From Octopus sinensis (Eukaryota), in assembly GCF_006345805.1 (NCBI RefSeq), contig NC_043010.1, forward strand, positions 11,036,001 through 11,100,000: a stretch of 64,000 nt of DNA, in the 5' to 3' direction. A model generated the notes under the pieces. The model searched no databases, had not been told where the DNA came from, and was given only the letters and a program-made list of their open reading frames with translations. Below are positions 14,434 through 27,754 of the stretch, piece by piece; the first letter of the stretch is position 1; each line of letters opens with the position of its first letter. The position numbers were made by a program, and so were the translations under genes.

Positions 14434-14548
14434 AGGGAGAAATCACAAAATACAAAAGACAAAGACAGGTGGTGTAGACAACAAGAGATGTATTCGTATA
14501 ATGCTCGGGAAGTGAAGTTTTTAACATTTCGAGCCTACACTCTCTACA
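14434..14548 (-). mobile_element. Truncated copy of the HHR(A6U) short element family
   Basis: Reverse complement TGTAGAGAGTGTAGGCTCGAAATGTTAAAAAC..ATACGAATACATCTC..CCACCTGTCTTTG matches the 48671 and 50026 copies. Confidence 0.65.
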
Positions 14549-14560
14549 TATATATGTATT

Positions 14561-14921
14561 TATTCTTTTACTTCTTTTTGTCATTTGGCAGCGGCGTTGC
14601 TGGAGCACCACCTTAAGTCGAACAAATCTATCAGTTTCTTTTGCCGAACCGCTAAGTTACGATGACATAAACACATCAGCATCGGTTGTCAAGCAATCCT
14701 AGGGGGACAAACACAGACACACAAACACACACACGCATATATATATATATACATATATACGACGAGCTTCTTTCAGTTTCCATCTACCAAATCCACTCAC
14801 AAGGCTTTGGTCGGCCCGAGGCTATAGTAGAAGACACTTGCCCAAGGTGCCACGCACTGGGACTGAACCCGGAACCATGTAGTTTGTAAACAAGCTACTT
14901 ACCACACAGCCACTCCTGTGC

Positions 14922-14922
<1 letters not shown>
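14561..14922 (-). mobile_element. SINE family A with internal deletion
   Basis: Family A head and core on the reverse strand. Confidence 0.88.
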
Positions 14923-14959
<37 letters not shown>

Positions 14960-14960
<1 letters not shown>

Positions 14961-15520
14961 CATCATCATCATTTAATGTCTGCTTTCCATGCTGATATGG
15001 GTTGGACAGTTTGACAGGAGCTGGCAAGACTTCAATTGTTTGTTGTCGCATAGTTTCTTAAGGCTTAATGCCCTTCCTAATGCCAACCACTTTACCAAGT
15101 GTGTTGAGTGCTTTTTACGTGCTACTGCCATGGGTGCACTTAGCACCGGCCCAAATGAATTTTATGTGGCACCAGCACCTGTAAAGGACAAGCCTGTATG
15201 TATGGATGACAGAAATTTTACATCTTCTCAAGTACAGGAAATTGCCATAAGTCCCAGTCTCTTGCCATTTCCTCAGGCAGGTCCAACAGCCAAAGATCCT
15301 TTCTCACCACTGCATTCCACATCTTCCTGGGTCTACCCCTTCCCCAGGTTTCCTATACAATTAGAGTTCAGCCCTTTCTTTATGCAACTGTCCTCATCCA
15401 TATGCATTGCATGACCAAACCAGCACAGTCTTGTCTCTTGCACACAACATTTGATGCCTCTTGTACCCAGTTTCCCTCTTAAATCCTTTACACTCTCTCA
15501 TGAGTACACACTGACATTAG
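14960..15520 (-). pseudogene. RTE-clade LINE 3' end (ORF C-terminus plus family C 3'UTR)
   Basis: Minus strand translates to CVQETRLCWFGHAMHMDEDSCIKK..GRGRPRKMWNAVVRKDL (RTE RLxWFGH..RGRP..W motif), followed by family C UTR motifs and (GAT)n. Confidence 0.8.
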
Positions 15521-16757
15521 CTGCTTATAGACGAAGGTATAACAGCAACTCTAAATAATTGCACGGAAATTCCTAAAAAATATTCTGAGTAATAAAAGCA
15601 ATCCAAAGCAAGCATTGGGTTTATAGAGTAAGAAACTGAGGAAATGGTGTAAAATTGTGGCTTCTTTCAACAACACATTAAAGACTCCATAATTTGAGGT
15701 GGGTATTAGATGTGGAAAATTATGATTTTATCCATTTTCTTCCCTCCGCCCCAAGAGAATTAACAACAAAATACATGAAGAGAAATGGACTGAACATAGG
15801 TATGAAAACTAGATAGTGGTCTTCATTTGCCAGAATTCCACGATGAATGGTGTGAAATATGATAGCAGTAACACCAAATAATATTTCACAGAGAATAGAA
15901 GATATTGATGGAAAGGGAGATAATAGAAGATATTGATAGCACAACGGTGTGAAGATATTGAATGAAGTATGGCACTCGATGAAGCTGTCACTAAGTAAGA
16001 CGGACACCAACACTGAAGCGACTGACAATAAGCAAAGCTGTCATAACCGAACCGTTGTCAAAGGAATAAGCGAATGAATGTAATCTCTATGTTGGAATTA
16101 TCCATTGTACATTTGTATTATGTATCATTATATACTCGTAGCAACCTATGGCTATGTTTGATGGAAATGAAAATGTGTGTGCATACACATATGCTGACAC
16201 ACAAAGCACCATACATACATAACAACAAAACTATGTATACATGTATATGTCATGTATGTATAGGTATATTATAGATATCAATATAAGCATACAAGCATAC
16301 AAATAATTTATATACATACAAATATTTACTCATACACACACACATGTATTAGATATAGAGAATAGACAAGTAAAACGTGATATCTATTATGCATGTATAT
16401 ACATTTATGTATTTATATATGAGTGTGTATATATATTTTGTATTTATATATGTGCATGTATGTATATAAATATGGGTGTCTTTCATGCATGTGTGTTTGT
16501 GTGTGACTGTCGTTTGTGTTATCGAGAGAATGGCAAAGAAGGTTACAAAAGAAGTGATAAGATAGCTTTAGTTAAAAGGAAGATATGTATTCATAAATAT
16601 TTATACAATTGATATATATACACATACATATACACGCATATGTGCATATATAAACAAACATTTATATATACATATACATAATGTATATATATATTCCAGA
16701 TATTAAATGGTAATGATATCTATATATTTATATATATACATATAAACACACACACAC

Positions 16758-16789
<32 letters not shown>

Positions 16790-17036
16790 ATTTATAGTTA
16801 TATCAATATAAACTATGTGACCAAATATGTCAGTGTGTGTGTGTATGTGGTTCTGTGTGTATTGGTGTTGAGAATAAATAAGTATTTCACAAATATAGCA
16901 AGTATCTTCTTCAAGCAAAATTCATCAAAGAAGTCAATGAAGAAGAATAGTTCACTTTCAGAGTTATTATACATATATACATACATATATACATATATAC
17001 ACACACACACATATATATACATACATAGATACATAA

Positions 17037-17068
<32 letters not shown>

Positions 17069-17089
17069 ATATATATATATAAACATATG

Positions 17090-17410
17090 TTTTGCCGATT
17101 GTCTACTCTGTGCATCCACTCTGTTGTTTATTGTTTGTTCGCTTGAAGCCCTAACTCTCCACAAATTTTATATCATAAAGATTTTTGGATGCTGCTGTCT
17201 TATGAAGTTTTCTTATCTTGTCGTTGAAAGCACAAAATAGGGAGTAGTAAAACAGTCGACAACTGAGGAGGAGTTAGACGTCTTTTGGTATTTTGTCCTG
17301 TACTTATCTCTCGTGTGTTTATGTATTTTTTACCCATTGGTGATGTCCTGTATTGTCTCTTATGTGTTGACATATTTTTCACTTGTATTTAATGTGAATT
17401 TTACATTTAT
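17090..17410 (+). mobile_element. Decayed microsatellite-embedded Penelope-like pLTR fragment with HHR-like remnants
   Basis: GTC-TTATGA..AAAACAGTCGAC followed by ACAACTGAGGA-hairpin-GTATTTTGTCCTGT; same layout as the 13.1 kb and 23.0 kb copies. Confidence 0.45.
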
Positions 17411-17423
17411 ATCTCTCTCTCTA

Positions 17424-17468
<45 letters not shown>

Positions 17469-17470
<2 letters not shown>

Positions 17471-17878
17471 TCTTTTACACTTTTACTTGTTTCAGTCCTT
17501 TGACTGCGGCCATGCTGGAGCACTGCCTTTAATCGAGCAACTCGACCCCGAGACTTATTCTTTTGTAAGCCCAGTACTTATTATATCGGTCTCTTTTTGC
17601 CGAACCGCTAAGTAACGGGGACATAAACACACCAGCATCGGTTGTCAAGTAATGCTATGGGGACAAACACAGACACACAAACACACACTCATGCGTATAT
17701 ATATATACATATATACGACGGGCTTCTTTCAGTTTCTGTCTACCAAATCCACTCACAAGGCTTTGGTCGGCCCGAGGCTATAGTAGAAGACACTTGCCCA
17801 AGGTGCCACGCAGTGGGACTGAACCCGGAACCATGTGATTGGTAAGCAAGCTACTTACCACATAGCCACTCCTGTGCC
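17469..17878 (-). mobile_element. SINE family A, full length
   Basis: Complete head, core and tail on the reverse strand. Confidence 0.92.
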
Positions 17879-18269
17879 CTTCTGTAAGTTGCTTGCTCAA
17901 GATAAAGCCAAATTGTAGAGTCTGATTCACAGAATTGCCCCAGCCACTGGAGGCAGAACTACTGTTTGTTGGAAGAAATGTCATTAGAAAAACCTAGATT
18001 GATTAGTAAGCCATGTATTTCTCCTTCTCTTATGCTTTCTGATTGTGAGACAGGGTTCCTAACCAGAGTAGGCTTCATCAGCTCCCCCCAGACTCATTAG
18101 ATCAGATATACATATCAACGCAGTCATCTTTCAGACACACACACTCACACACCCACACACACACACACATATATATATAAATTAACCCAATAAATATCTG
18201 ATTCCTAATATTTGCTCTCATGATTCTGTGGTTGTGGTGACGATGATAATTCTCTCTATGAATGCAGAC

Positions 18270-18674
18270 AGACATAGAGAGAGAGTGTGAAAGCACTGTC
18301 GAAGGTGGTGGGGGAAGATATAGAACGCTGTGAAACAACGTTATAGAGAGAAAGTGAAGGGAAGAGAGGTAGACACTGTGAAACGACGTTATAGAGAGAA
18401 GGTGAAAGGAAGGGAGGAAAGAGAGTGAGAGATGGAGAAAGACAGACACATAAAAGAATGAGAGTAGACTTGTCAAAGTGTGCGTGTTTTGGCCCCAGCA
18501 ACGGCACCTTTTAAGATGGGGATAGCTAACCTAGCCCACTCGCATCCTCACCTCATTTTACATGTGCCTGTAAATTTTGGAGTCAATCCGACGGGATCTA
18601 GTGGCCTTTAACCCGTTCTCAATGCCAAAACCAGACAAACAAACTTTTTACATTTCAGAATTATAATATAGAGA
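18270..18674 (-). mobile_element. Helitron-like non-autonomous element, 5' part
   Basis: Minus strand begins A|TCTCTATATTATAATTCTGAAATGTAAAAAGTTTGTTTGTCTG, a typical Helitron 5' TC terminus; 3' end not found. Confidence 0.45.
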
Positions 18675-18911
18675 TATACATACATATATATATGTATATG
18701 TATGTATATATGTACATGTATGTATGTATGTATATATATGTATGTATATATGTATATGTATGTATATATGTATATGTATGTATGTATGTATATATATGTA
18801 TGTATATATGTATATGTATGTATATATGTATATGTATGTATGTATGTATATATATGTATGTATATATGTATATGTATGTATATATGTATATGTATGTATG
18901 TATGTATATAT

Positions 18912-19328
18912 ATTCTTTTGTTCTTTTACTTGTTTCAGTCATTTAACTGCGGCCATACTGGAGCACCGCCTTTAATCAAACAAATCGACCCCAGGACTTA
19001 TTCTTTGTAAGCCTAGTACTCATTCTATCGGTCTCTTTTGCCAAACCGCTAACTAAGTTGCAGGGACATAAACACACCAGTATTGGCTGTTAAGTGATGT
19101 TGGGTTGGTGGGGATGGGGGCCAAACACAAACACACAAACATATACACAAACATGCTTATATATATGATGGGCTTCTTTCAGTTTCCCTCTACCACATCC
19201 ACTCACAAGGCTTTGATCGGCCCGAGGCTATAGCAGAAGACACTTTCCCAAGGTGCCACACAGTGGGACTGAACCCGGAACCATGTAGTTGGTAATCAAG
19301 TTACTTACCACACAACCACTACTGCCCC
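18912..19328 (-). mobile_element. SINE family A
   Basis: Family A motifs on the reverse strand. Confidence 0.88.
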
Positions 19329-19338
19329 TACATATATC

Positions 19339-19591
19339 TTTTATTCTTTTACTCTTTTACTTGTTTCAGTCATTTGACTGCGGCCATCCTGGAGCACTGC
19401 CTTTAGTCGAGCAAATCGACCCCGGGACTTATTCTTTGTAAGCCCAGTACTTATTCTATCGGTCTCTTTATTGCCGAACAACTAAGTGACACGGACGTAA
19501 ACACACCAGCATCGTTTGTCAAGCAATGCTAGGGGGACAAACACACAGACACACAAACACACACACATACATACATATATATATATATATA

Positions 19592-19632
<41 letters not shown>

Positions 19633-19827
19633 CACATATATATATATAATATATATATATATATACGATAGGCTTCTTTCAGTTTCCGTCTACTCACCAA
19701 ATCCACTCACAAGGCATTGGTCGGCCCGAGGCTATAGCAGAAGACACTTGTCGAAGATGCCACGCAGTGGGACTGAACCCGGAACCATGTGTTCGGTTAG
19801 CAAGCTACTTACCACACAGCCACTCCT
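19339..19827 (-). mobile_element. SINE family A with expanded internal (TA)n
   Basis: Family A motifs on the reverse strand, adjacent to the previous copy. Confidence 0.9.
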
Positions 19828-21054
19828 ATATATATATATATATATATAGGGAAGAAATATGAGATGCACACAGATGCATCACACATACAACAAATAAGTA
19901 CAAATTTATAAACAAAGACATGTACACACACACACACACACATGAAAACCTCTAATTTGTATAGAATTAATTCAAACCTGTATACTAATAATGAAATTGC
20001 ATTTGCCTTATGCCAGCCATTCTATGGACATTGTACAATCATTGTGTGAACATTGTATGCCACATAATGTGTCAATGTATGATTCTAACCAAGTAAACAG
20101 AGATGGGTTTGGTTGCAGGGGGGTGAGGTGTAAATATATTTAAACAGCAAACATGAAGTAATGCAAACTTGTTCTATGTGTATATAGCTTCAGCTGTCGT
20201 TCCCTGCCCTATAATATAATATAGGGGCCGTTGTTACTGTTGTTGCCGCTGATGTTTATTCCCAGGTTGGGGTCTTCTTCATAAACAGACATGTCTATGA
20301 TCAAAACTTTTCCAGCTGTGACCATCCCACCTCTTGAGACATATCTAGGAACTATTTGATTACAACAACGAATTCCTTCTTTTCCTTTCCTGAAATACTA
20401 AGGTTTGATGTAAGTAAAATTTGGCTGCTATTTCTAGCTGATCAATTAAATGACTACCTAGACAAAAGTGGATGGCAAAACAAAAAGTCTTGTGTTGTTT
20501 AGTAACAGTTCTCTACATTCTGAGTTCAAATCTCACCAGGGTCTTGACTTTGCCTTTTATCATTTTAGCGGGTGAGAACATAAAAATACTAGTCAAGTGT
20601 AGGGGATTGATCTAAATCCTTCCCCACTCCCTATCCATCTCCACATAAAACGTGTGTCCTTCTAAGTTTATATTAGAAATCAATAATATTGATAAACAGA
20701 AAGGAGTAGGTAAGTTTACATTGGGACCACTGAACCACTTCCTCTGGGGGATTCTCAATGGAAACTAATGTCTTTGTAGATCATCCACCCAGCCTCACGC
20801 TCTCTCCTATGCATACACTTCTGTACTTTCCTGCTTCTCTCTATATAAAACTTTCTCCCTATGTCTCTTGCTGTGTCTCTCTTGGTTGAGCGTGTGTGCA
20901 TGCGTGTGTCTCTCTCTCAATCTTTCTCTTTTTCTCTATTTATGCATCTAAAAATAAATAATATATGTATATATATATACACACACACATATATATACAT
21001 ATATATTCATATATATATATATATATATGCAAACAAACATACATATATACATAC

Positions 21055-21107
<53 letters not shown>

Positions 21108-21188
21108 AACAAACATACATATATATGCATACATATACACATATATATATATATATATATACAAACACACATATGTATATAATACTAC

Positions 21189-21227
<39 letters not shown>

Positions 21228-21305
21228 GTGTGTGTATATATATATATCTATACTAATATATATATATATGCACAACACACATGTATGTGCAGATATATGT
21301 GTGTA

Positions 21306-21338
<33 letters not shown>

Positions 21339-21649
21339 GCATATATATGTGTGTATATATATATACACACACACACACGTACATATATGTTGTTGCCAGC
21401 AGATTGGACTCATCCAACAAGACTTTTACTCATGCAAACACTGTGAGGTAATAAATACATTTGTGTGAGGTTTATGTTAAAAGCAGTGTAATACCTTCCT
21501 GCCTATTTATGTTTTCATTTTCATTTTTTTCCCCTAGAAATGGAATAAACTTCCCTGTAAAGAGAACTTTTTGCGCACCTATATATATATATATATGTGT
21601 GTGTGTTTTCTTACATGCAAATTCGCACGGACATGCAAGCACACACACA

Positions 21650-22168
21650 CATATACATGCATAGATATGGATGCAGATACACAGACACACATATATATAT
21701 ATGTACACATACAAAACCTACACATATATGTACTTTCATAGATACATACATGCATATAAATACATGCATATAAATACATGCATACACACACACATACATA
21801 GTACATACACACACACACATACATACATACATACACATATACATACATACATACACACATACATACATACATACATACACACATACATACATACATACAC
21901 ATATACATACATACATACACATATACATACATACATACATACACACATACATACATACATACACATATACATACATACATACATACACACATACATACAT
22001 ACATACATACGTACATATGTACATACATACATACATATATACGTACATACATACACATATACATACATACATACATACGTACGTACATACATACATACAT
22101 ACGTACGTACGTACGTACATACATACATACATGCATACATAAATACATACATACATACACATATACAT

Positions 22169-22199
<31 letters not shown>

Positions 22200-22228
22200 T
22201 ACATACACACATACATACATACATGCAT
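21650..22228. repeat. (CATA)n compound microsatellite
   Basis: Direct inspection. Confidence 0.92.
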
Positions 22229-22502
22229 ATTTCAGTATTGTACTTGTTTGGTGAGCAATTTTGATCAGAGACTGTGTGTGAAAACTGAAGCAATTTTCAT
22301 CATGGAAGAACCATTTTAGCAATTTAAGAACACAGAAAACTGTTTTAGGCATTTTCTGTTTATTTCCTGTTTGTTCTCCGTTTTATACTTTTATGAATTC
22401 CTGGTAATTTTTTAGATAAATGTTGATACTTCAGGTTTAAAATAATTAGTAAAGCCATAGCCGCCTTTTGTTTTGTATATTTGCAAATACATCCCTTTCA
22501 CA

Positions 22503-22901
22503 TCTTTATATATAAAAGTCAAGTTGTGTGTCTGTCTCCTACGATTTAGATTCCAAACTACTCCCACATTTTGCGGTGCAGTTTAACCAAAACTGGGTAT
22601 CTTATAGTCGTGATTCATATCAAGCCCTTCTGGGAATTAGCACGCGTCTACGATGAGTCTACGATTTAAAAAAAAATTTACCATCATTTTTTTCCATTTT
22701 AATGCATTTTTTCGCTATTATATAAGGGAAGTAACTCTTTAAAAATGTCTACGATAGGTCAACGATTTAAAAAAAAATTTACTATCACTTTTTTTCCATT
22801 TTTAATGCATTTTTTTGCTATTTTTTTGGCTATAACTCTCTAAAAATGCTTATATATTTATTTCCCTTACAAACCCGAGCAACTCCGGGCGATACTGCTA
22901 G
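22503..22901 (+). mobile_element. Complete non-autonomous Helitron
   Basis: Inserted between A and T; 5' TCTTTATATATAAAAG; 3' hairpin CCCGAGCAACTCCGGG then CTAG|T; internal ~100-bp duplication. Confidence 0.8.
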
Positions 22902-22969
22902 TAGTTTCTAAAAATCTTCTACAATAATAATGAGTGTAGTGTTTTTATATATTTGTATATATATATAAA

Positions 22970-23248
22970 TAAAAACTTCCTTCGAAACACGCATTGAGTC
23001 GACCCAGGGGCAGCTGATGAAGGGGAATTTTCCTTGTATTGTTTGTCCTGTACTCTGATTTTTCATTGTTTAAAAAAAGTCCATTTCCTTGTTTGATTTT
23101 ATGTTTTCGTTTCTCGTTGTGTTCTACGTTTATTTGTGCTGTCCTGTACTCATATATATATATATGCATGTATATATACATATAGATGTAAGTATGTACA
23201 TATATGTATGTATATATGCATATGTTTTATTTATTTATTATATTGTTA
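22970..23248 (+). mobile_element. Second copy of the 13.1-kb Penelope-like pLTR fragment
   Basis: Near-identical to about 13128-13385; flanked by (TA)n. Confidence 0.62.
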
Positions 23249-23249
23249 T

Positions 23250-23318
<69 letters not shown>

Positions 23319-23670
23319 GTATATTTGTCCAGAATCACGCTGGACGTGGAGTAGGAGGAGAGAAAATAGTAATTCAGTGAAGGAAAAGTAGTAAGAGTAA
23401 TAGCCCTGACTGCGAGGGAGTGAGAAAAAGTAATTACAATGAGAGAAAGGAAGGGGGGATAGATGAATAAGGAAGGAAGGGGTGAAAAAAAACAAAATCA
23501 GTGCTTCAACAAGGTGTGAGTATGTGTATATGTGTGTGTGTACAAGGGGAGTATGTAAATGTTTGTATGTGTGATTATTATGTACCTTATTTTGTACTTT
23601 ATTTATATATAAAATACTACAATTACAAGTCATTATTGATGGTATGTAGTCAACTAATATAGTAATAAAT

Positions 23671-23902
23671 ACCTATTTCTTTATTACCCACAAGGAGCTA
23701 AACATAGAGGGGACAAACAAAGACAGACATAGGTATTAAGTCGATTACATTGACCCAGTGCGTAACTGGTACTTAATTTATCGACCCCGAAAGGATGAAA
23801 GGCAAAGTCGACCTCGACGGAATTTGAACTCACAACGTAACGCAGACGAAATACCGCTAAGCATTTCTCCCGGCGTGCTAACGATTCTGCCAGCTCGCCG
23901 CC
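23671..23902 (-). mobile_element. SINE family B, full length
   Basis: ACCTATTTCTTTATTACCC...CTGCCAGCTCGCCGCC. Confidence 0.9.
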
Positions 23903-24087
23903 AAAGAGCTTGTGGGGTATCAGATTTCTTCACTGGATTTTATTACTATAAGAGAGCAATAGCTTGAGGCTAATGGCAAAAAAACGGGTGACCTAGTTCT
24001 GTATATTGAGACACTGACCAAATTCCATCCATTTTGGTTTTTCTTTTCCTCTTTTTCTTTGGCAGTGGTTTGTTTGGTTCTGGTGAA

Positions 24088-24852
24088 GGTCGAGCTGTCA
24101 GAATCGTTAGCATGCCGGGCGAAATGCTTAGCAGTATTTCGTCTGCCGCTATGTTCTGAGTTCAAATTCCGCCGAGGTTGACTTTGCCTTTCATCCTTTC
24201 GGGGTTCGATTAAATAAGTACCAGTACGCACTGAGGTCGATATAATCGACTTAATCCGTTGTCTGTCCTTGTTTGTCCCCTCTGTGTTTAGCCCCTTGTG
24301 GTAGTAAAGAAACAGGTATTCATCTGCCGCTATGTCTGAGTTCAAATTCCGCCGAGGCCGACTTACCTTTCATCCTTCGAGGTCGTAAATAAGTACCATT
24401 ACGCAGTCGATATAATCGACATCGTGGTCTGTCCTGTTTGTTCCTTTGTGTTTACCCTTGTGGGTAGTAAAGAAATAGGTATTTCTTTCATCTGCCGTTC
24501 GTTCGATTTAAAATTCCGCCGAGGTCGACTTTACCTTTCATCCTTTCAGGGTCGATTAAATAAGTACCAGTTACGCACTGGGGTCGATATAATCGACTTA
24601 ATCCGTTTGTCTGTCCTTGTTTGTCCCCTCTGTGTTTAGCCCCTTGTGGGTAGTAAGGAAACAGGTATTTCATCTGCCGCTACGTTCTGAGTTCAAATTC
24701 CGCCGAGGTCGACTTTACCTTTCATCCTTTTGGGAGTCGATTAAATAAGTACCAGTTACGCACTGGGGTCGATATAATCGACTTAATCCATTTGTCTGTC
24801 CTTGTTTGTCCTCTCTGTGTTTAGCCCCTTGTGGGTAGTAAAGAAATAGGTA
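24088..24852 (+). mobile_element. Head-to-tail array of SINE family B (1 full plus 3 headless units)
   Basis: Junctions GTAAAGAAA(C/T)AGGTATT(T)CATCTGCC at about 24315, 24478 and 24665. Confidence 0.88.
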
Positions 24853-25213
24853 TCATTGAAGGGTGGTTCACTATATTTTCTGCTGATTAATCGATCAATT
24901 GATAAAATTTAACCATGAACACATCAACATGCATATCAGAACCAGCAGTGAGTCTCTGATAAATAAATAATTAGATAAATAAATAAATAAAAATAATGTA
25001 TTATTATAGTAGATGATTAAGGCAGTGAGCTGGCAAAATCCTTAGCTCAATGGACAGAGCGTTTAGCAACATTTCATTTGTCTTTACGTTCTGAGTTCAA
25101 ATTCTACCAAGGTCAACTTTGCTGTTCACCCTTTCGAGAGTGAGGAAATTAGTATCGGTTGAGCACTGAGGGTTGATGTAATCAACTTTACCCCATCCCC
25201 AAAACTGATGGCC

Positions 25214-25291
25214 ATCGCCCGGTCTGAGATTCGAACCTGAGATCCCTCAACCGCGAGTCCACTGCTCTAATCACTAGGCCATGTGCCACCA
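25214..25291 (-). mobile_element. Isolated tRNA-like SINE head (family D-related)
   Basis: Reverse complement GTGGTGGCACATGGCCTAGTGATTAGAGC..GGTTCGAATCTCAGACCGGGCG with A and B boxes. Confidence 0.6.
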
Positions 25292-25562
25292 CTACTATGA
25301 TAGATGTCCCAAAATCTAAAACCAATATATTGTTTCTTTTCTTCATAAGCAGATATATTCTTTGTATCCTCAGCAGTTAAGAGGACAGATACGTGGTCCC
25401 TAATGTTTCTTGAGAAAGTCAAAGGTAGTTGGGTAATATAAATTTTCAGTGGGGCAAAATATGTTTATCAAATGTACCATATAGAATTTCCATGTAGATA
25501 TTTATCGATGACATCTCTATTTCAGTACATTTATTATCATATATAGTACATATATATATATA

Positions 25563-25762
25563 TAGTTAATCCAAACATGAAAGCACAAAAAACACAACGC
25601 AAGGACGTGGAACAAATATAGTATTATTGGACGCTCAGGAAAGAAGGCGGGTTTAACGTTTCGAGCAGAGCTCTTCGTCAGAAACATAGGAGAAGGAAAG
25701 ATCCAGAGAAGGGAAGACAGAGGAAAAAAATCGCCAACGGTACACACGCGGTCACATTTTGA
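25563..25762 (-). mobile_element. (TA)n-embedded short Penelope-like pLTR element
   Basis: About 200 bp of non-microsatellite sequence between (TA)n tracts containing a minimal HHR. Confidence 0.7.
25651..25685 (-). ncRNA. Minimal type-I hammerhead ribozyme
   Basis: GTTT-CTGACGA-A-GAGC(TCT)GCTC-GAAAC-GTT-AAAC: intact core, stem I GTTT/AAAC, palindromic stem III ACGT. Confidence 0.8.
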
Positions 25763-25910
25763 ATATATATATATATGTATGTATATATATACACACATAC
25801 GTACACACATGCACTCACACATACACACATATATATATACATGTATATTCATATATATACATACAACACATATGTATTGTATATATTATCTATATATCTA
25901 TCTATATCTA

Positions 25911-25965
<55 letters not shown>

Positions 25966-26359
25966 TATTAATGAAACATGGTGACATGGACATGAAATTT
26001 ATGATGAAGACAATAATACATACATATTCATTCATATACACATTTCTATACTCTTCATAAATCTCTCCCTCTCTCTCTCTCTCTATACACACACACGCAT
26101 ATATATATACACACATGCAAATATATATCTTTATGAATGGAGGAACAAATATACTTTCTGTCAGACATATTTAATTAAAAACATGACATTCTCCCTTTTT
26201 TTCATACTTTATACTAATTTATTTGTTGTCTTAAGTTTCTATTACAAGTTTCCGTAACTTTAATAAATTCTCAAAGTCAGCTAACCCCACCACCAGGATG
26301 TCCAGCCCCTTTTTCTTTTTGCCCTTTTTTTACTCTTTCCCTTTTTTTTGTCTCCCTGT

Positions 26360-26721
26360 CTAGCTTTCTTTCTTTCTTTCTTTCCTTCTTTCTTTCTTTT
26401 GTTCTTTCTTTCGTTCTTTCTTTCGTCTTTCTTTCTTTCTTTCGTTCTTTCTTTCTTCCTTTCTTTCGTTCTTTGTTTCTTTCGTTCTTTGTTTCTTCCT
26501 TTCTTTCTTTCTTTCTTTCTTCCGTTCTTTCGTCCTTTCATTCTTTCTTTCTTTCCTTCTTTCTTTCTTTCTTTCTTTCGTTCTTCTTTTTCCTTCTTTC
26601 TTTCTTTCTTTCTTTCTTTCTTTCGTTCTTTCTTTCTTCCTTTCTTTCTTTCTTTCGTTCTTTCTTTCTTCCTTTCTTTCTTTCTTCCTTTCTTTCTTTC
26701 TTTCTTCTTTCCTTCCTTCCT

Positions 26722-26773
<52 letters not shown>

Positions 26774-26881
26774 TCGTTCTTTCTTTCTTCCTTTCTTTTG
26801 TTCTTTCTTTTGTTCTTTCATTCCTTCTTTCTTTCTTTCTTTCTTTCCTTCTTTCTTTCTTTCCTTCCTTCTTTCTTTCCT

Positions 26882-26912
<31 letters not shown>
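26360..26912. repeat. (TTTC)n microsatellite
   Basis: Direct inspection; source of the Phe/Ser and Lys/Glu/Arg ORFs. Confidence 0.95.
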
Positions 26913-26913
<1 letters not shown>

Positions 26914-27550
26914 GGTTCCTATCTATCATCATTCATGTAAGTGTGCACACACACATGTGTGTGAGTTGTGTGTGTATATGTATGTGCGTGTTAGTGCAAG
27001 TGCTTGTGTGTTTATGCATTTGTTGTCTTCAATCATGGATCTCAGTCATTAATCATTCATGTAACAGGTAATCCAATAGCTTCCTGATCTATTCTTTGCA
27101 GACCTGTGATCAAAGCTGTTCCAGCCATGACCATCCCATCAACATTTTCTTTTATATATTTTATCAATCATAGGTACAAACGTGGCTGTGTGGTAAGAAG
27201 TTTGCTTTCCAACCACATGGTTCAAGGTTCAGTCCCACTGTGTGGCACCTTGGCCTTGTGTGTGTATGAGGGTGTGTGTTTTTTTGTGTCAGTGTTTAAC
27301 CCTGGTCATCTCTTGACAACCTGCGTTATTTTGTTTACATCCCCTCAAATGAGACTGATAGAATAAGCACCAGTCTTAAAAATAAAATAAGTTCCTGGGT
27401 GATTCATTCAACTAAAAATTCTTCAAAATAGTGCCCCAGCATGGCCTCAGTTAAATGAATGAAACAAGTTATGCACTTCATTTCTTTAAAATAGTTTTGT
27501 GTAATTGGAGGGATATTTGGTTTCTTTTTCTAGCACATCATACATACAGT

Positions 27551-27592
<42 letters not shown>

Positions 27593-27754
27593 CACATATA
27601 TATACATATATATATGACAAGCTTCTTTCAGTTTCCGTCAACCAAATCCACTCACAAGGCTTTGGTCGGCCTGAGACTATAAAAGAATATACTTGCCCAA
27701 GGTACCACACAGTGGAACTGAAGCTGGAACCATGTAGTTGGAAAGCAAGCTTCT

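Noticed and set aside
15720-16028. 102-aa hydrophobic ORF in unique sequence
   Set aside because: No recognisable domain, an in-frame stop a few codons upstream and only a weak acceptor; cannot be supported without homology or RNA-seq
21403-21447. Possible 45-nt exon (cag|ATTGGA..GTGAG|gtaata; [15 protein letters not shown])
   Set aside because: Poor polypyrimidine tract, no recognisable protein and no partner exons identified
26281-27052. Long Lys/Glu/Arg and Phe/Ser ORFs
   Set aside because: Translation of (TTTC)n
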